Under the pieces are notes generated by a model. The model was not told where the DNA came from. It worked only from the letters and a program-made list of their open reading frames with translations, and ran no database searches. This document shows positions 1 to 9,050 of a stretch of DNA of 64,000 bases, piece after piece; position 1 is the first letter of the stretch, and the number at the start of each line of letters is the position of its first letter. Source of the DNA: an uncultured Enterovirga sp. (lineage in GTDB: Bacteria > Pseudomonadota > Alphaproteobacteria > Rhizobiales > Beijerinckiaceae); contig NZ_CAXTAZ010000011.1 in the NCBI RefSeq assembly GCF_964242715.1, positions 24,593-88,592 of the forward strand. Direction: 5' to 3'. The position numbers were made by a program, and so were the translations under genes.

Positions 1-888
1 GTCGCGGCCGATCTTCTCAAGATTGCCGAGCGCCTTCTCCTCGATCGTCGTCAGGCCGCCGGCGATGTTGCCCTTGGTCGGCTGGGAATCGGAGAGGTCG
101 TCGGTCTTGTGGGCCTCGATCACGTCGTCCTGATAGGCCTTCCACATGGCGTACCATTTCTCGGCGATCTCGGGGCTGGCCGCGCGCTCCTTGGCCAGGT
201 GCTCGGCGCCGGTGATCTCGGAGGTCTCGCCGAAACAGCCATAGATGCCGTGGGGGATCAGCTTGTCGTACATGTTGCCGACGGTCGGGCAGGAGGCGAG
301 GCCGGTGGTCGTGTCGGATTCCCCGCACTTGGTGGACACCCAGAGGTCCGAGATCGGGCATTCCTCGCGCTGGAGCTCGGTTGCCCATTGCAGGAAGCGC
401 TTCGCCGAATAGCTCGCCTTCGCGACCGTCGCGATGTCGCCGTGACCCTCGATACCGTAGCCGACGACGGGTTTGCCGGTCTTCGCGATGCCCTCGACCA
501 CCCGGCTCGTCCACTGGTCCTCGATCCCGATCACGACGACGGCCGCGACATTCGGGTTCGAGCCGGTGCCGATCAGGGTCCGGAAATGGATCTCCAAATC
601 CTCGCCGAACTGCAGCCGGCCATAGGCATGCGGGATGGCGAGCGTGCCCTTCACGTTGTTCGCCACCGCCTCGCAGGCGGCATTCGACAGGTCATCCAGC
701 GGCAGGATGAGGACGTGGTTGCGCACCCCGACCCGGCCATTCTCGCGGCGCCAGCCCATGAAGGTCGCGTTGCTGTAATCCTGCGAGGCGCGTTCCGAGG
801 AGAGCGCGTCGGTGGTGAACTGGTCCGGCGCGCCGCCCGGGAACGGGGACGGCATGACGTGGTCGAGGGTGGCGGTGAGGCTGCTCAT
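1..888 (-). CDS. UxaA-family dehydratase (altronate/galactarate type), large C-terminal subunit. The 3' end runs off the window.
   Basis: Minus-strand ORF absent from the track because it is open to position 1. ATG at 888-886. Translation [19 protein letters not shown]...[21 protein letters not shown]...[21 protein letters not shown]...[14 protein letters not shown] resembles UxaA C-terminal domain proteins. It lies directly downstream of the SAF-domain small subunit. Confidence 0.8.
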   Translation of the reverse strand, partial: MSSLTATLDHVMPSPFPGGAPDQFTTDALSSERASQDYSNATFMGWRRENGRVGVRNHVLILPLDDLSNAACEAVANNVKGTLAIPHAYGRLQFGEDLEIHFRTLIGTGSNPNVAAVVVIGIEDQWTSRVVEGIAKTGKPVVGYGIEGHGDIATVAKASYSAKRFLQWATELQREECPISDLWVSTKCGESDTTTGLASCPTVGNMYDKLIPHGIYGCFGETSEITGAEHLAKERAASPEIAEKWYAMWKAYQDDVIEAHKTDDLSDSQPTKGNIAGGLTTIEEKALGNLEKIGRD

Positions 889-922
889 GGTCGGGGCGTC
901 CTGATCGATCGGTGTCGGGTGG

Positions 923-968
923 CCCCGGGCGGCCGGGGCACTGATCCTTCTCCCCCAAGGGGAGAAGG
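923..968. repeat. Two GC-rich hairpins in the spacer between the split UxaA subunits
   Basis: First hairpin: CCCCGG (923-928) pairs with CCGGGG (933-938). Second hairpin: CCTTCTCCCC (946-955) pairs with GGGGAGAAGG (959-968) around a 3-nt loop. The second belongs to the TCTCCC..GGGAGA palindrome family seen elsewhere in the window. Confidence 0.6.
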
Positions 969-979
969 GAGCGGCGAGC

Positions 980-1267
980 TCACCAGCGCTTGGTCTTCAC
1001 ATTCTGCGTGTGGACGTGGTGGCCCTTGCGGATGTCGGCGACGGCCTTGCCGATGTCCTGGCCGTATTTCCAGATCGTATCGCCGGACGCGATGTCCCGG
1101 AGCGCCACCTTGTGGCCGATCGGGATGTCCTCCTCCGCGGTCAGGTGGAAATCCGAATTGTCGTGGGTGACGACGCCCAGCATGTCGGTGCCGGCCCGGA
1201 GGCCCTCCACCACCACGACCCCGACGGTGTCCTTGCCGTCATGCACGAGGAGTTGCGGCTGACTCAT
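980..1267 (-). CDS. UxaA-family dehydratase small subunit (SAF N-terminal domain)
   Basis: The 980..1312 ORF trimmed to ATG at 1267. [33 protein letters not shown]...[28 protein letters not shown] is typical of the SAF/UxaA N-terminal domain. Confidence 0.85.
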   Translation of the reverse strand: MSQPQLLVHDGKDTVGVVVVEGLRAGTDMLGVVTHDNSDFHLTAEEDIPIGHKVALRDIASGDTIWKYGQDIGKAVADIRKGHHVHTQNVKTKRW

Positions 1268-1292
1268 GGGATCTCCGAATTGCATCGACGCG

Positions 1293-1310
1293 GGGTCTTC
1301 TATAAGACCC
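1293..1310. promoter_or_regulatory. Candidate GntR/HutC-type operator in the divergent promoter region
   Basis: Perfect palindrome GGGTCTT-CTAT-AAGACCC lies 6 bp upstream of the GntR start and between the divergent uxaA-like and gntR-like genes. Its core, GTCT..AGAC, resembles HutC-subfamily operators. Confidence 0.5.
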
Positions 1311-1315
1311 AAGAC

Positions 1316-2065
1316 ATGGGCGTCAACCAGCCACTAGCAGCGGATGCGACGCTCGGATCCGTCGGCTTCCGGCCGCTCTATCGGCAGGTGAAGGACATCC
1401 TGGTGGACCGCATCGCGCGCGGCACCTGGCGCGGCGGCGAGGCGATCCCGAGCGAGTTCGAGATCGCGGCCGAGCTCGCGACCAGCCAGGGCACGGTCCG
1501 CAAGGCACTGGACGAGATGGCGGCCGAGAATCTGGTCGTGCGCCGGCAGGGCCGGGGCACCTTCGTCGCCCGGCACGACGATGCCCGCATCATGTTCCAG
1601 TTCTTCAAGCTCGTGCCGGACGCGGGTGCGGCGGCCTTTCCCGAGAGCCGCGTCCTGTCGATCGGGATCGGCCCGGCGGGCGAGGAGGCCGGGCGTCAGC
1701 TCGGGCTCTCGCCTGATTCCCAGGTCGTTAAGCTGGTGCGGGAGCGCTCGCTCGGCGGCCGGACCGCCATCCTGGAGGACGTGACCCTTCCGGCCGATCC
1801 CTTCGGGCCGCTCTGCGACGGGCCGGTGCCGAACAATCTCTACGAGCTCTACGCGACCCGGTTCGGGGTCACGATCGCTCGGGCGCGGGAGCGGCTGAAG
1901 GCGGTTCCGGCCGCGCCGGCCGCTGCCCGAAGCCTCGGCGTCGCCGTCGGGGCTCCGCTCCTACTCGTCGACCGGATCGCGGCCCGGATCGACGGCCGAC
2001 CGGCCGAGTGGCGGGTCTCCCTCTGCCGCACCGACGACCTGCACTATCTCTCCGACCTGAAGTAG
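1316..2065 (+). CDS. GntR-family transcriptional regulator, HutC subfamily (wHTH plus UTRA domain)
   Basis: The 1010..2065 ORF trimmed to ATG 1316. The N-terminus PLYRQVKDILVDRIARGTWRGGEAIPSEFEIAAELATSQGTVRKALDEMAAENLVVRRQGRGTFV is a classic GntR wHTH. The C-terminal part looks UTRA-like. Confidence 0.9.
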   Translation: MGVNQPLAADATLGSVGFRPLYRQVKDILVDRIARGTWRGGEAIPSEFEIAAELATSQGTVRKALDEMAAENLVVRRQGRGTFVARHDDARIMFQFFKLVPDAGAAAFPESRVLSIGIGPAGEEAGRQLGLSPDSQVVKLVRERSLGGRTAILEDVTLPADPFGPLCDGPVPNNLYELYATRFGVTIARARERLKAVPAAPAAARSLGVAVGAPLLLVDRIAARIDGRPAEWRVSLCRTDDLHYLSDLK

Positions 2066-2126
2066 GCGCGGCCGGCTTGTGCCGGTCCGGGCAGGTGGTT
2101 ACGAGCCGAGCAAAGAAGGAGCCCTC

Positions 2127-2534
2127 ATGGACATCACCCCGGCCTCGAAACACGCCTCGCGCCGCGTCAACCCGGATTGGTTCACCGGCACCGTCTGGCA
2201 GGACCCGATCGTCGAGGCGCCGCCCCCGGCCCGCATCCGGTCGGCGCGCGTCGCCTTCGAACCCGGCGCCCGCACCGCCTGGCACACGCATCCGCTCGGC
2301 CAGACGCTGCACGTCGTGCACGGCATCGGCCACGTCCAGGCCAAGGGCGGCCCGGTCCGTGTGATCCGGGCCGGCGATACCGTCTACATCCCGCCGGACG
2401 AGAAGCATTGGCACGGCGCCTCGCCGACGAACGGCATGGTCCATATCGCCATGCATGAGTTCGACGGCGAAAAGCACGTGACCTGGATGGAGCACGTGAC
2501 GGACGAGGAATACGGGATCGCTCCCACCACGTAA
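2127..2534 (+). CDS. Cupin-domain protein
   Basis: ATG 2127 is preceded by AAGGAG. The cupin motifs are WHTHPLGQTLHV and GDTVYIPPDEKHWHGA. Confidence 0.8.
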   Translation: MDITPASKHASRRVNPDWFTGTVWQDPIVEAPPPARIRSARVAFEPGARTAWHTHPLGQTLHVVHGIGHVQAKGGPVRVIRAGDTVYIPPDEKHWHGASPTNGMVHIAMHEFDGEKHVTWMEHVTDEEYGIAPTT

Positions 2535-2536
2535 TC

Positions 2537-3142
2537 TCAGACGGCGGTGCGCTGCCGCATCGCGGCCGTGAGCGTGCCTTCGTCGAGATAGTCGAGCTCG
2601 CCGCCGACCGGGACGCCGTGGGCGAGCTTCGTCACCCGGACCGGGAGGTGGGCGACGAGGTCGGTCACGTAATGGGCCGTCGTTTGGCCGTCCACGGTGG
2701 CGTTAAGGGCGAGGATCAGCTCGCGCGTCTCGGGAAGGGCAGCCCGGGCGACGAGGCCGTCGAGTGCGAGGTGTTCGGGCCGGACGCCGTCCAGCGGCGA
2801 GAGCACGCCGCCGAGCACATGATAGCCGGCCCGGACCGCGCCCGCGCGCTCCAGCGCCCAGAGGTCCGACACGCCCTCGACGACGACCAGGATCGAGCGG
2901 TCGCGACCCATGTCGCGACAAATCGTGCAGGGATCGCTCGTATCGATATTGCCGCAGCTCTCGCAGACGACGATCCGCTCGGCCGCGACCCGCATGGCGT
3001 CGGCCAGCGGCGACAGGAGCTGCTCCCGCCGGTTGATGAGGTGAAGCGCGGCCCGCCGCGCCGATCGCGGCCCGAGGCCCGGAAGCCGGGCGAGAAGCTG
3101 GATCAGGCGCTCGATCTCGGGCCCGGCAATGGCCTGGGCCAT
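2537..3142 (-). CDS. recR: Recombination protein RecR
   Basis: 201 aa. Contains [13 protein letters not shown] (HhH), the zinc finger [16 protein letters not shown], and a Toprim region. Confidence 0.95.
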   Translation of the reverse strand: MAQAIAGPEIERLIQLLARLPGLGPRSARRAALHLINRREQLLSPLADAMRVAAERIVVCESCGNIDTSDPCTICRDMGRDRSILVVVEGVSDLWALERAGAVRAGYHVLGGVLSPLDGVRPEHLALDGLVARAALPETRELILALNATVDGQTTAHYVTDLVAHLPVRVTKLAHGVPVGGELDYLDEGTLTAAMRQRTAV

Positions 3143-3146
3143 CGGC

Positions 3147-3467
3147 TCAGAACAGTTTTAGGCCGGGCGGCAGCGGCAGACCGGCCGTGACCTGCTGCAT
3201 GCGCTCCGCGACCAGGCGCTCGGCCTTGCCGCGCGAATCGTTCAGGGCGGCCACGATCAGGTCCTCCAGGATCTCGGCCTCGTCCGGCATGAGCAGCGAC
3301 GGGTCGATCCGGAGCGACTTCACCTGGCCCTTCGCGGTCGCCACGACCTGGACCATGCCGCCGCCCGAGGCCCCCTGTACCTCGAGCGTCTCAAGCTCGG
3401 TCTGGGCATCCTGCATCTTCTGCTGCAGGCCTTGCGCCTGCTTCATCAAGCCCATGATGTCCTTCAT
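3147..3467 (-). CDS. ybaB: Nucleoid-associated protein YbaB/EbfC
   Basis: These are the last 106 aa of the 3147..4988 ORF: [49 protein letters not shown]... The ATG at 3467 overlaps the dnaX stop (ATGA). Confidence 0.95.
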   Translation of the reverse strand: MKDIMGLMKQAQGLQQKMQDAQTELETLEVQGASGGGMVQVVATAKGQVKSLRIDPSLLMPDEAEILEDLIVAALNDSRGKAERLVAERMQQVTAGLPLPPGLKLF

Positions 3468-5329
3468 CGGATGTCTCCCTCGGAGGCGCCGCTCCGGTCC
3501 ATGTCGTTGTCGTCTTCGATCGGGTCGGTCGGAACCGCGGTCACCTCGGGCTCGGGCGCCCGCTCGCGCACGTCCACGATCTCGGCCCCCGGAAAACTCT
3601 TCAGCACCGCCTGGACGAGCGGGTGCCCGACGGCCCCGTGCCGGCGCTCGTCCTCGCGCCGCCGCCGTTCCTCGACGATGGTCGGCGCCGCGCCGGCCTC
3701 GGACGAGACGGTCACGATCCAGCGCCGGTCGGTCCATTGCCCGAGCGCGCGCGTCAGGTCGCCGGGCAGGTTGCGCGAGGCGCCGTCCGCGAGCGCGATC
3801 TCGAGCCGGCCCTCCTCGAACCGGACCAGCCGGACGTCGCGCTCGAGCGCCGCCTTCAGCACGATGTCGCGCCGCTCGCCCGCGAGCGCGACCACGTCCT
3901 CGAAGCGGCGCAGCACGACCGGCGCGATCTCGGGCGCGGACCGTTGGGCCGCCATCTCGGGCTCCGGCCGGGACATCGGCGCCGACCGCGCCACTGCCAG
4001 CGCCGAGCCGCCGCGGCCGCCGTCGCTGGCCCGGGGCCCGTCGCCGGACGGGATGTGCCGGGGCGCCGGCGAGCCGGCGGGTTCTGGTGGCGTCTTTCGC
4101 AGCTGTCGCAGCGCCTCGTCCGGCGTCGGCAGGTCGGCCGCATAGGCGAGCCGCACGAGCGCCATCTCGGCGGTCGCGAGCGGACGCTGCGAGCCGCCCA
4201 CCTCCGGCACGGCCTTGAGCAGGATCTGCCAGGCGCGGGACAGCGTCCGGATCGAGAGCGCGCCCGCGAAGGCGACACCCCGCACCCGCTCGGCCTCGGT
4301 CAGCCCCGGATCCTGCGCGGCTTCGGGCACGAGCTTCAGCCGGGTCACGAGGTGGGTGAAGGTCGCGAGGTCCTCCAGCATCTGGCGCGGGTCGGCGCCC
4401 GCCTCGTAACCCGCCCGGAGGGTCGCGAAGGCGCCCGGAACGTCGCCCCGCATCGTGGCTTCGAAGAGGTCGATCACCTGACCCCGGTCGGCGAGGCCCA
4501 GCATATCGCGGACGCCCGCTTCGGTGACGGTGCCGGCACCATGCGAGACGGCCTGGTCGAGGAGCGACAGTGCATCCCGGACCGAGCCCTCGGCCGCGCG
4601 CGCGATCATGGCGAGGGCGGCCGGCTCCGCCTCGACCGCCTCGGCCCGGCAGATCCGGTCGAGATGAGCGCCCAACACCGTGATCTCGACGCGGCGCAGG
4701 TCGAATCGCTGGCAGCGCGACAGGATGGTGACAGGGACCTTGCGGATCTCGGTCGTGGCGAAGACGAATTTCGCGTGCGGCGGCGGCTCCTCCAGCGTCT
4801 TCAGGAACGCGTTGAAGGCCGCCGCCGAGAGCATGTGCACCTCGTCGATGATGTAGACCTTGTAGCGGGCCTGGACCGGGGCGTAGCGGACCGCGTCCGT
4901 GATCTGGCGGATATTCTCGACGCCGGTATGCGAGGCCGCGTCGAGCTCGAGCACGTCGACATGACGCGATTCCATGATCGATCGGCAATGGAGGCCGAGT
5001 TCGGGCATCTCGATCGCCGGACCGCCGCCCTGGCCGGTGTCGTAGTTCAGCGCGCGGGCGAGAATGCGGGCGGTCGTGGTCTTGCCGACCCCGCGGACGC
5101 CCGTCAGCATCCAGGCCTGCGGGATGCGCTCCGCGGCGAAGGCGTTGCTGACGGTCCGGACCATGGCCTCCTGGCCGATCAGGTCGGCAAAGCTCTGCGG
5201 CCGGTATTTGCGGGCGAGGACGCGGTAGCCGCGATCCTTCGGGGCGGACGCCTCGGGCGCCGGCTCGAAACCCAGAAAGGCGGGCTGGTCGTCCGCGTCG
5301 GGAGCGGGCTCGCCGCGTGTCTCGCTCAT
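3464..5329 (-). CDS. dnaX: DNA polymerase III subunit tau/gamma
   Basis: The 3464..5662 ORF trimmed to ATG 5329 (MSETRGEP...). Contains YRPQSFADLIGQE, Walker A GVRGVGKTTTARILA, and IIDEVHMLS. Confidence 0.95.
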   Translation of the reverse strand: MSETRGEPAPDADDQPAFLGFEPAPEASAPKDRGYRVLARKYRPQSFADLIGQEAMVRTVSNAFAAERIPQAWMLTGVRGVGKTTTARILARALNYDTGQGGGPAIEMPELGLHCRSIMESRHVDVLELDAASHTGVENIRQITDAVRYAPVQARYKVYIIDEVHMLSAAAFNAFLKTLEEPPPHAKFVFATTEIRKVPVTILSRCQRFDLRRVEITVLGAHLDRICRAEAVEAEPAALAMIARAAEGSVRDALSLLDQAVSHGAGTVTEAGVRDMLGLADRGQVIDLFEATMRGDVPGAFATLRAGYEAGADPRQMLEDLATFTHLVTRLKLVPEAAQDPGLTEAERVRGVAFAGALSIRTLSRAWQILLKAVPEVGGSQRPLATAEMALVRLAYAADLPTPDEALRQLRKTPPEPAGSPAPRHIPSGDGPRASDGGRGGSALAVARSAPMSRPEPEMAAQRSAPEIAPVVLRRFEDVVALAGERRDIVLKAALERDVRLVRFEEGRLEIALADGASRNLPGDLTRALGQWTDRRWIVTVSSEAGAAPTIVEERRRREDERRHGAVGHPLVQAVLKSFPGAEIVDVRERAPEPEVTAVPTDPIEDDNDMDRSGASEGDIR

Positions 5330-5373
5330 GCTGGTCTGGATGGCCGGGAGCGTGGGGCGGAAGCGCCGGAGCC

Positions 5374-5476
5374 GGTTGGGAGGCTGGACAAAGACCCGCT
5401 CGGTCTCGTTAGGGCTGCTTCCTTCCGGACCTGACCCGGTTGGCGAGTGAAACGTCCCTCGCCAACCTCCCGCCCG
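5374..5476 (-). ncRNA. ffs: Signal recognition particle RNA (small bacterial 4.5S type)
   Basis: The minus strand carries the conserved helix-8 core GGUCAGGUCCGGAAGGAAGCAGCC (plus coordinates 5413-5436). It is closed by the long stem GGGAGGUUGG (5471-5462) / CCAGCCUCCC (5387-5378). It sits immediately upstream of dnaX, as in many alphaproteobacteria. The ends are approximate. Confidence 0.8.
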
Positions 5477-5538
5477 CGATATGCGGCTTCGCGGGCGCGA
5501 AGGCAAGATCGACGGCATCGGTTGGACCTGTCCCGCCT

Positions 5539-5652
5539 TCATTCCGGGGCGGCGCGAAGCGCCGAACCCGGGACCCCACGGACGTCCACGAGCCCGACCA
5601 CACGCTCGTGACGCGGGTGGGTTCCGGGTTCCGCTTGGCGGCCCCGGAATGA
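5539..5652. repeat. Imperfect REP-like palindromic element of about 114 bp
   Basis: Outer arms are TCATTCCGGGGC (5539-5550) and GCCCCGGAATGA (5641-5652). Inner arms are partially complementary: GAACCCGGGACCC versus GGGTTCCGGGTTC. The element is intergenic, between ffs and the HIT gene. Confidence 0.6.
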
Positions 5653-5701
5653 CGGCGTGCAACGCTCGCTTTCGGCTCCGGAACGGATTACCGGTCCGGC
5701 C

Positions 5702-6115
5702 ATGGACAGCTTCTCGCTCGATCCCCGTCTCGCGGCCGATACGCTGCCGGTCGGCGATCTCGCGCTCTGCTCGATCCTGCTCATGGACGACGCCCGCTTC
5801 CCCTGGCTCGTCCTCGTGCCGCGCCGGCCCGGGCTGGCCGAGATCACCGACCTGTCAAACGCCGATGCGGAGCTCATGATGCGGGAGTTGCGGATCGCGA
5901 CCCGGGTCATGCTGGCTCTGGCGAAACCCGACAAGGTCAATATCGGCGCGCTCGGCAATCTCGTGCCGCAGCTTCACGTCCATGTGGTCGGGCGCTTCCT
6001 GTCCGATCCTGCCTGGCCCGGGCCCGTCTGGGGCCGCGGCACGCGCCAGTCCTATCCCGCCCATGCCGCGGCCGCGCTCGCGGACCGGGCCGCCGCGCTC
6101 TTCGCGGCCGATTGA
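5702..6115 (+). CDS. HIT-family (histidine triad) protein
   Basis: ATG 5702. Histidine triad PQLHVHVVGR. Confidence 0.85.
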   Translation: MDSFSLDPRLAADTLPVGDLALCSILLMDDARFPWLVLVPRRPGLAEITDLSNADAELMMRELRIATRVMLALAKPDKVNIGALGNLVPQLHVHVVGRFLSDPAWPGPVWGRGTRQSYPAHAAAALADRAAALFAAD

Positions 6116-6123
6116 GGATCTCG

Positions 6124-7041
6124 ATGCCCACATCTCTCGTGCTCGGTTTCGGGCAGAACCTGCTCGACCGCGCAGGCGCCGAGCGCGAGGCGGACATCCT
6201 GGCCGGCGCTCCGGAGAGCGGGACCCGCTTTGTCGCGGTCGCGGGCGAGGTCGCGATCCTCTCGGCCGGCCCGGAAGGCGCGACGGCTCTCCTCTCGCCG
6301 GACCGGATCGCCGGGGAAGACATCCGGGAGCGCGTCTTCCTCGGTCGCCTCGACGGCGCTCCCGTGATCGCGGCCGGGCTCGATCCGGCCCGGGCCGAGG
6401 CCCTGCGCGAGGATCCGGCCTTCCTGGTCCTCGACCTCCGCACGATCGCGACGCAGGGCAGCGTTCCGGTGGGCGAGATCGGCATGCTGGCGCAGGCGAA
6501 GTCGCTGCTCCTCTGGCATAGCCGCCACCGCTTCTGCGCCAATTGCGGCGCCCCGACTGCGCCGGGCCAGGCGGGCCTGCGGCGGGATTGCGCTGCCTGC
6601 GGCGCGCAGCATTTCCCCCGCACGGATCCGGTGACGATCATGCTCGTCGCGCGCGGCGACCATTGCCTCCTCGGGCGTCAGGCCCGGTTCGTCGCGGGCA
6701 GCTATTCCTGCCTGGCGGGCTTCGTCTCACCCGGCGAGACGATCGAGGATGCGGTGCGTCGCGAGGTGCTGGAGGAGGCCTGCATCGCGGTCGGCCGCGT
6801 CCGCTACCACCTCTCGCAGCCCTGGCCCTTCCCGTCCTCGCTCATGATCGGCTGCCTCGGCGAGGCACTGGGCGACGATATCACGATCGATCGGGACGAG
6901 CTCGAGGATTGCCGCTGGTTCGCCCGGGACGAGGTCGCGTCCATGCTCGACCGCCGGCATCCCGACGGGCTCATCACGCCGCCCCCGATGGCGATCGCCC
7001 ACCACCTGATGCGGGCCTGGGTCGACGGCGCCACGCCCTGA
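6124..7041 (+). CDS. nudC: NAD+ diphosphatase (NADH pyrophosphatase), Nudix family
   Basis: ATG 6124 follows GAGGA. Contains the zinc ribbon CANCGAPT...CAACGAQHFPR, the Nudix box GFVSPGETIEDAVRREVLEEACI, and the NudC-type SQPWPFPSS motif. Confidence 0.85.
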   Translation: MPTSLVLGFGQNLLDRAGAEREADILAGAPESGTRFVAVAGEVAILSAGPEGATALLSPDRIAGEDIRERVFLGRLDGAPVIAAGLDPARAEALREDPAFLVLDLRTIATQGSVPVGEIGMLAQAKSLLLWHSRHRFCANCGAPTAPGQAGLRRDCAACGAQHFPRTDPVTIMLVARGDHCLLGRQARFVAGSYSCLAGFVSPGETIEDAVRREVLEEACIAVGRVRYHLSQPWPFPSSLMIGCLGEALGDDITIDRDELEDCRWFARDEVASMLDRRHPDGLITPPPMAIAHHLMRAWVDGATP

Positions 7042-7106
7042 CGACGCGGTCAGCGCGCCTCGACGCCAAGCCCTCGGCCGCGGGCTGGCTTAGCGGGGTT
7101 CGGCCT

Positions 7107-7838
7107 TCAATCGTAGGCGCAGCGGAACCCGATATAGACGGCGTGGAAGTCGGCGTCTTTCCACTGCATGCCGGTCGCCTCGGTCTGGCCGGATCCATAC
7201 CACCACGACCCTCCGGCCGTGAGGGCCTGCCCGTCACGACGGTCTGCGAGCCACTCCCAGACATTGCCGCCCATGTCGTGCAGGCCATTGACGCCCGGTC
7301 GACCCTGCCCGACGGGGCGATGGCGGCTCGCGCCCGCGTCCTGCGTCCACATGCCGTCCGGCCGCTGGCCACTCGGATAGCGATAGGTCCGACCGGCGAC
7401 GAGGTCGTCGGGCGGGGAAGTTCGTGCCTCGGTATAGGCCGCGCTCCGCCACTCCGAGGCTACCGGCAGCCGGCCGCCAGCCGCGGAGCAGAAGGCCGTG
7501 GCTTCGCTCCACGTGACATGCACCGCCGGCTCGTCCGCCGCGCCGGCCGAGCCGTAGGGTCGCAGGTAGGTCCAGCCGGGCCGACGTTGCCATCCTCCGG
7601 CATATTCGTGACCGCCGCCCGCCTGCTCGGCAGCGGTCCTCAGCCCGACAGCCTCGGCATGGGCGCGGAAGCGCCCGACGGATACCTCCTTCCGGTCGAG
7701 CCTAATGTTCCCGACCGAGACCACGTCGGAGCGAGGAAGGGACCCGGTCGCGAGCCCGGGCAACGGCACCAGAACGATCGCCGGCCCGACCAGCGCCGCC
7801 AAGACGGAGCGCCACGAAGCCCGGGAGGACGCCGTCAT
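7107..7838 (-). CDS. Formylglycine-generating-enzyme (SUMF1/FGE-sulfatase) domain protein with an N-terminal signal-like segment
   Basis: ATG 7838 overlaps the upstream stop (ATGA). Motifs: HVTWSEATAFCSAAGGRLPVASEW, GNVWEWLAD, GGSWW. The N-terminus is SWRSVLAALVGPAIVLVPLPGLA. Confidence 0.85.
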   Translation of the reverse strand: MTASSRASWRSVLAALVGPAIVLVPLPGLATGSLPRSDVVSVGNIRLDRKEVSVGRFRAHAEAVGLRTAAEQAGGGHEYAGGWQRRPGWTYLRPYGSAGAADEPAVHVTWSEATAFCSAAGGRLPVASEWRSAAYTEARTSPPDDLVAGRTYRYPSGQRPDGMWTQDAGASRHRPVGQGRPGVNGLHDMGGNVWEWLADRRDGQALTAGGSWWYGSGQTEATGMQWKDADFHAVYIGFRCAYD

Positions 7839-8932
7839 GAAAGCCTCTGTCGCATCCCTGCCTGCGAACGCCGGATCACGCCCTGGTACAGCGCCTGCTT
7901 GTCCGGGTACCAGGGTGCGCGACCAATGGTGTCGAAACCCGGGATGCCCTCCATGTGGCGCACCATCCGGGACCGCATCGCTTCGTCCGGCAGCGGACCG
8001 CGCAGTGCACCGACATTCTCGGCCGCATGGGCCGGGTCCGACGTGCCGCACAGCACCGTCGTCACCGCCGGGTGGCTCATGGCGAATTTGAGGAAGAACT
8101 GAGCCCAGTTCTCCGCCCCGAACTCACGCGCGAAGTCCGGAAGCGGCCGGTCGCCGACGAGCTTGTGCAGGCGCCCCTTGTCGAGCGGCATGTTGATGAA
8201 GACGCCGACCCCGCGGTCGAGCGCCGCTCGGAGCACACGCTGCTCGGCTCCCCGGTTGGCGATCGAGTAGTTGACCTGGACGAAGTCGACCGCGCCGCGC
8301 GCGACCCAGGACGCGAGCACCTCGTGGTAGTCGTTGTCGTGGTGGGTGACGCCGACGAAGCGGGTGCGGCCCTCCTTCTTCCAGGCCTGGAGCATCGGGA
8401 CGACAACGTCCACGTTCACGAGGCTGTGGACCTGGATCAGATCGAAGCGCTGCCGCCACAGGCGTAGCTGCGACTGCTCGAAGCTGCGCATCGCATGGCT
8501 CTCGTCGGCCAGGAAGTCGCCCGTCGACCAGATCTTGTTGGCCACGAACATCTGGTCCGTCGCGCCCATCGCGGAGAGGAATTGGCCCACGCTGGCCTCC
8601 CCGGTCCCGTAGAGGGGAGAGGTGTCGACGACGCGCGCACCCGCCTCGACATGGATGCGCGTCACCTCACGCAGCCGGTCACGGTTCGCACCGGGCAGGA
8701 GGTCGAAAGTGAGGTAGGTACCGAGCCCGAGCCGCGTCAGCGTCTCGCCCGTTCGGCCCGCCGGCTTCGTGGCTGCCGGCTCAGCTGAAGCCGGTCGTGC
8801 CTGCATACCGGCGGCCGGCGGCGTCTGCGCCTGGGCAAACGCTGGCCGCGAACTCGCGGCCGCGACAGCTCCCAGCGCGATGCCGCCGAGCACCTTTCGA
8901 CGGTCGGCCCCGCTGTCGTGACGATCGGTCAT
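7835..8932 (-). CDS. Aldo/keto reductase with a twin-arginine (Tat) type signal peptide
   Basis: ATG 8932 follows GGAGGA. The N-terminus MTDRHDSGADRRKVLGGIALGAVAAASSRPAFAQA has an RR motif, a hydrophobic region and an AxA site. The AKR core shows DTSPLYG, KIW and QVHS. Confidence 0.85.
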   Translation of the reverse strand: MTDRHDSGADRRKVLGGIALGAVAAASSRPAFAQAQTPPAAGMQARPASAEPAATKPAGRTGETLTRLGLGTYLTFDLLPGANRDRLREVTRIHVEAGARVVDTSPLYGTGEASVGQFLSAMGATDQMFVANKIWSTGDFLADESHAMRSFEQSQLRLWRQRFDLIQVHSLVNVDVVVPMLQAWKKEGRTRFVGVTHHDNDYHEVLASWVARGAVDFVQVNYSIANRGAEQRVLRAALDRGVGVFINMPLDKGRLHKLVGDRPLPDFAREFGAENWAQFFLKFAMSHPAVTTVLCGTSDPAHAAENVGALRGPLPDEAMRSRMVRHMEGIPGFDTIGRAPWYPDKQALYQGVIRRSQAGMRQRLS

Positions 8933-9050
8933 CAGGAAATCCTCCAAGGTCTGGGTCGATCATGGAAGATCGGTCGCCACGCATGCGCGCCCGATCCTGA
9001 CTTGTCCGGTCCGATCCTGACCTTATCTTCCCGTCGCGGAGAGGAACGAC

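Noticed and set aside
109-1170. 353-aa plus-strand ORF at the left edge
   Set aside because: It is antisense to the UxaA large and small subunit genes. It is rich in Gly/Arg/Ala/Asp and has no motif, whereas the minus-strand frames carry the family signatures.
3147-4988. 613-aa ORF fused upstream of ybaB
   Set aside because: Only the last 106 codons (YbaB) are protein-like. The remainder is an Arg-rich alternative frame of dnaX, whose own frame shows the clamp-loader motifs.
3464-5329. Possible programmed -1 frameshift site in dnaX, as in E. coli gamma/tau
   Set aside because: Reading the gene by eye, I saw no A-AAA-AAG type slippery heptamer (CTTTTTT on the plus strand) and no A or T run of that length. 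I cannot exclude other mechanisms, but nothing in the sequence supports a frameshift.
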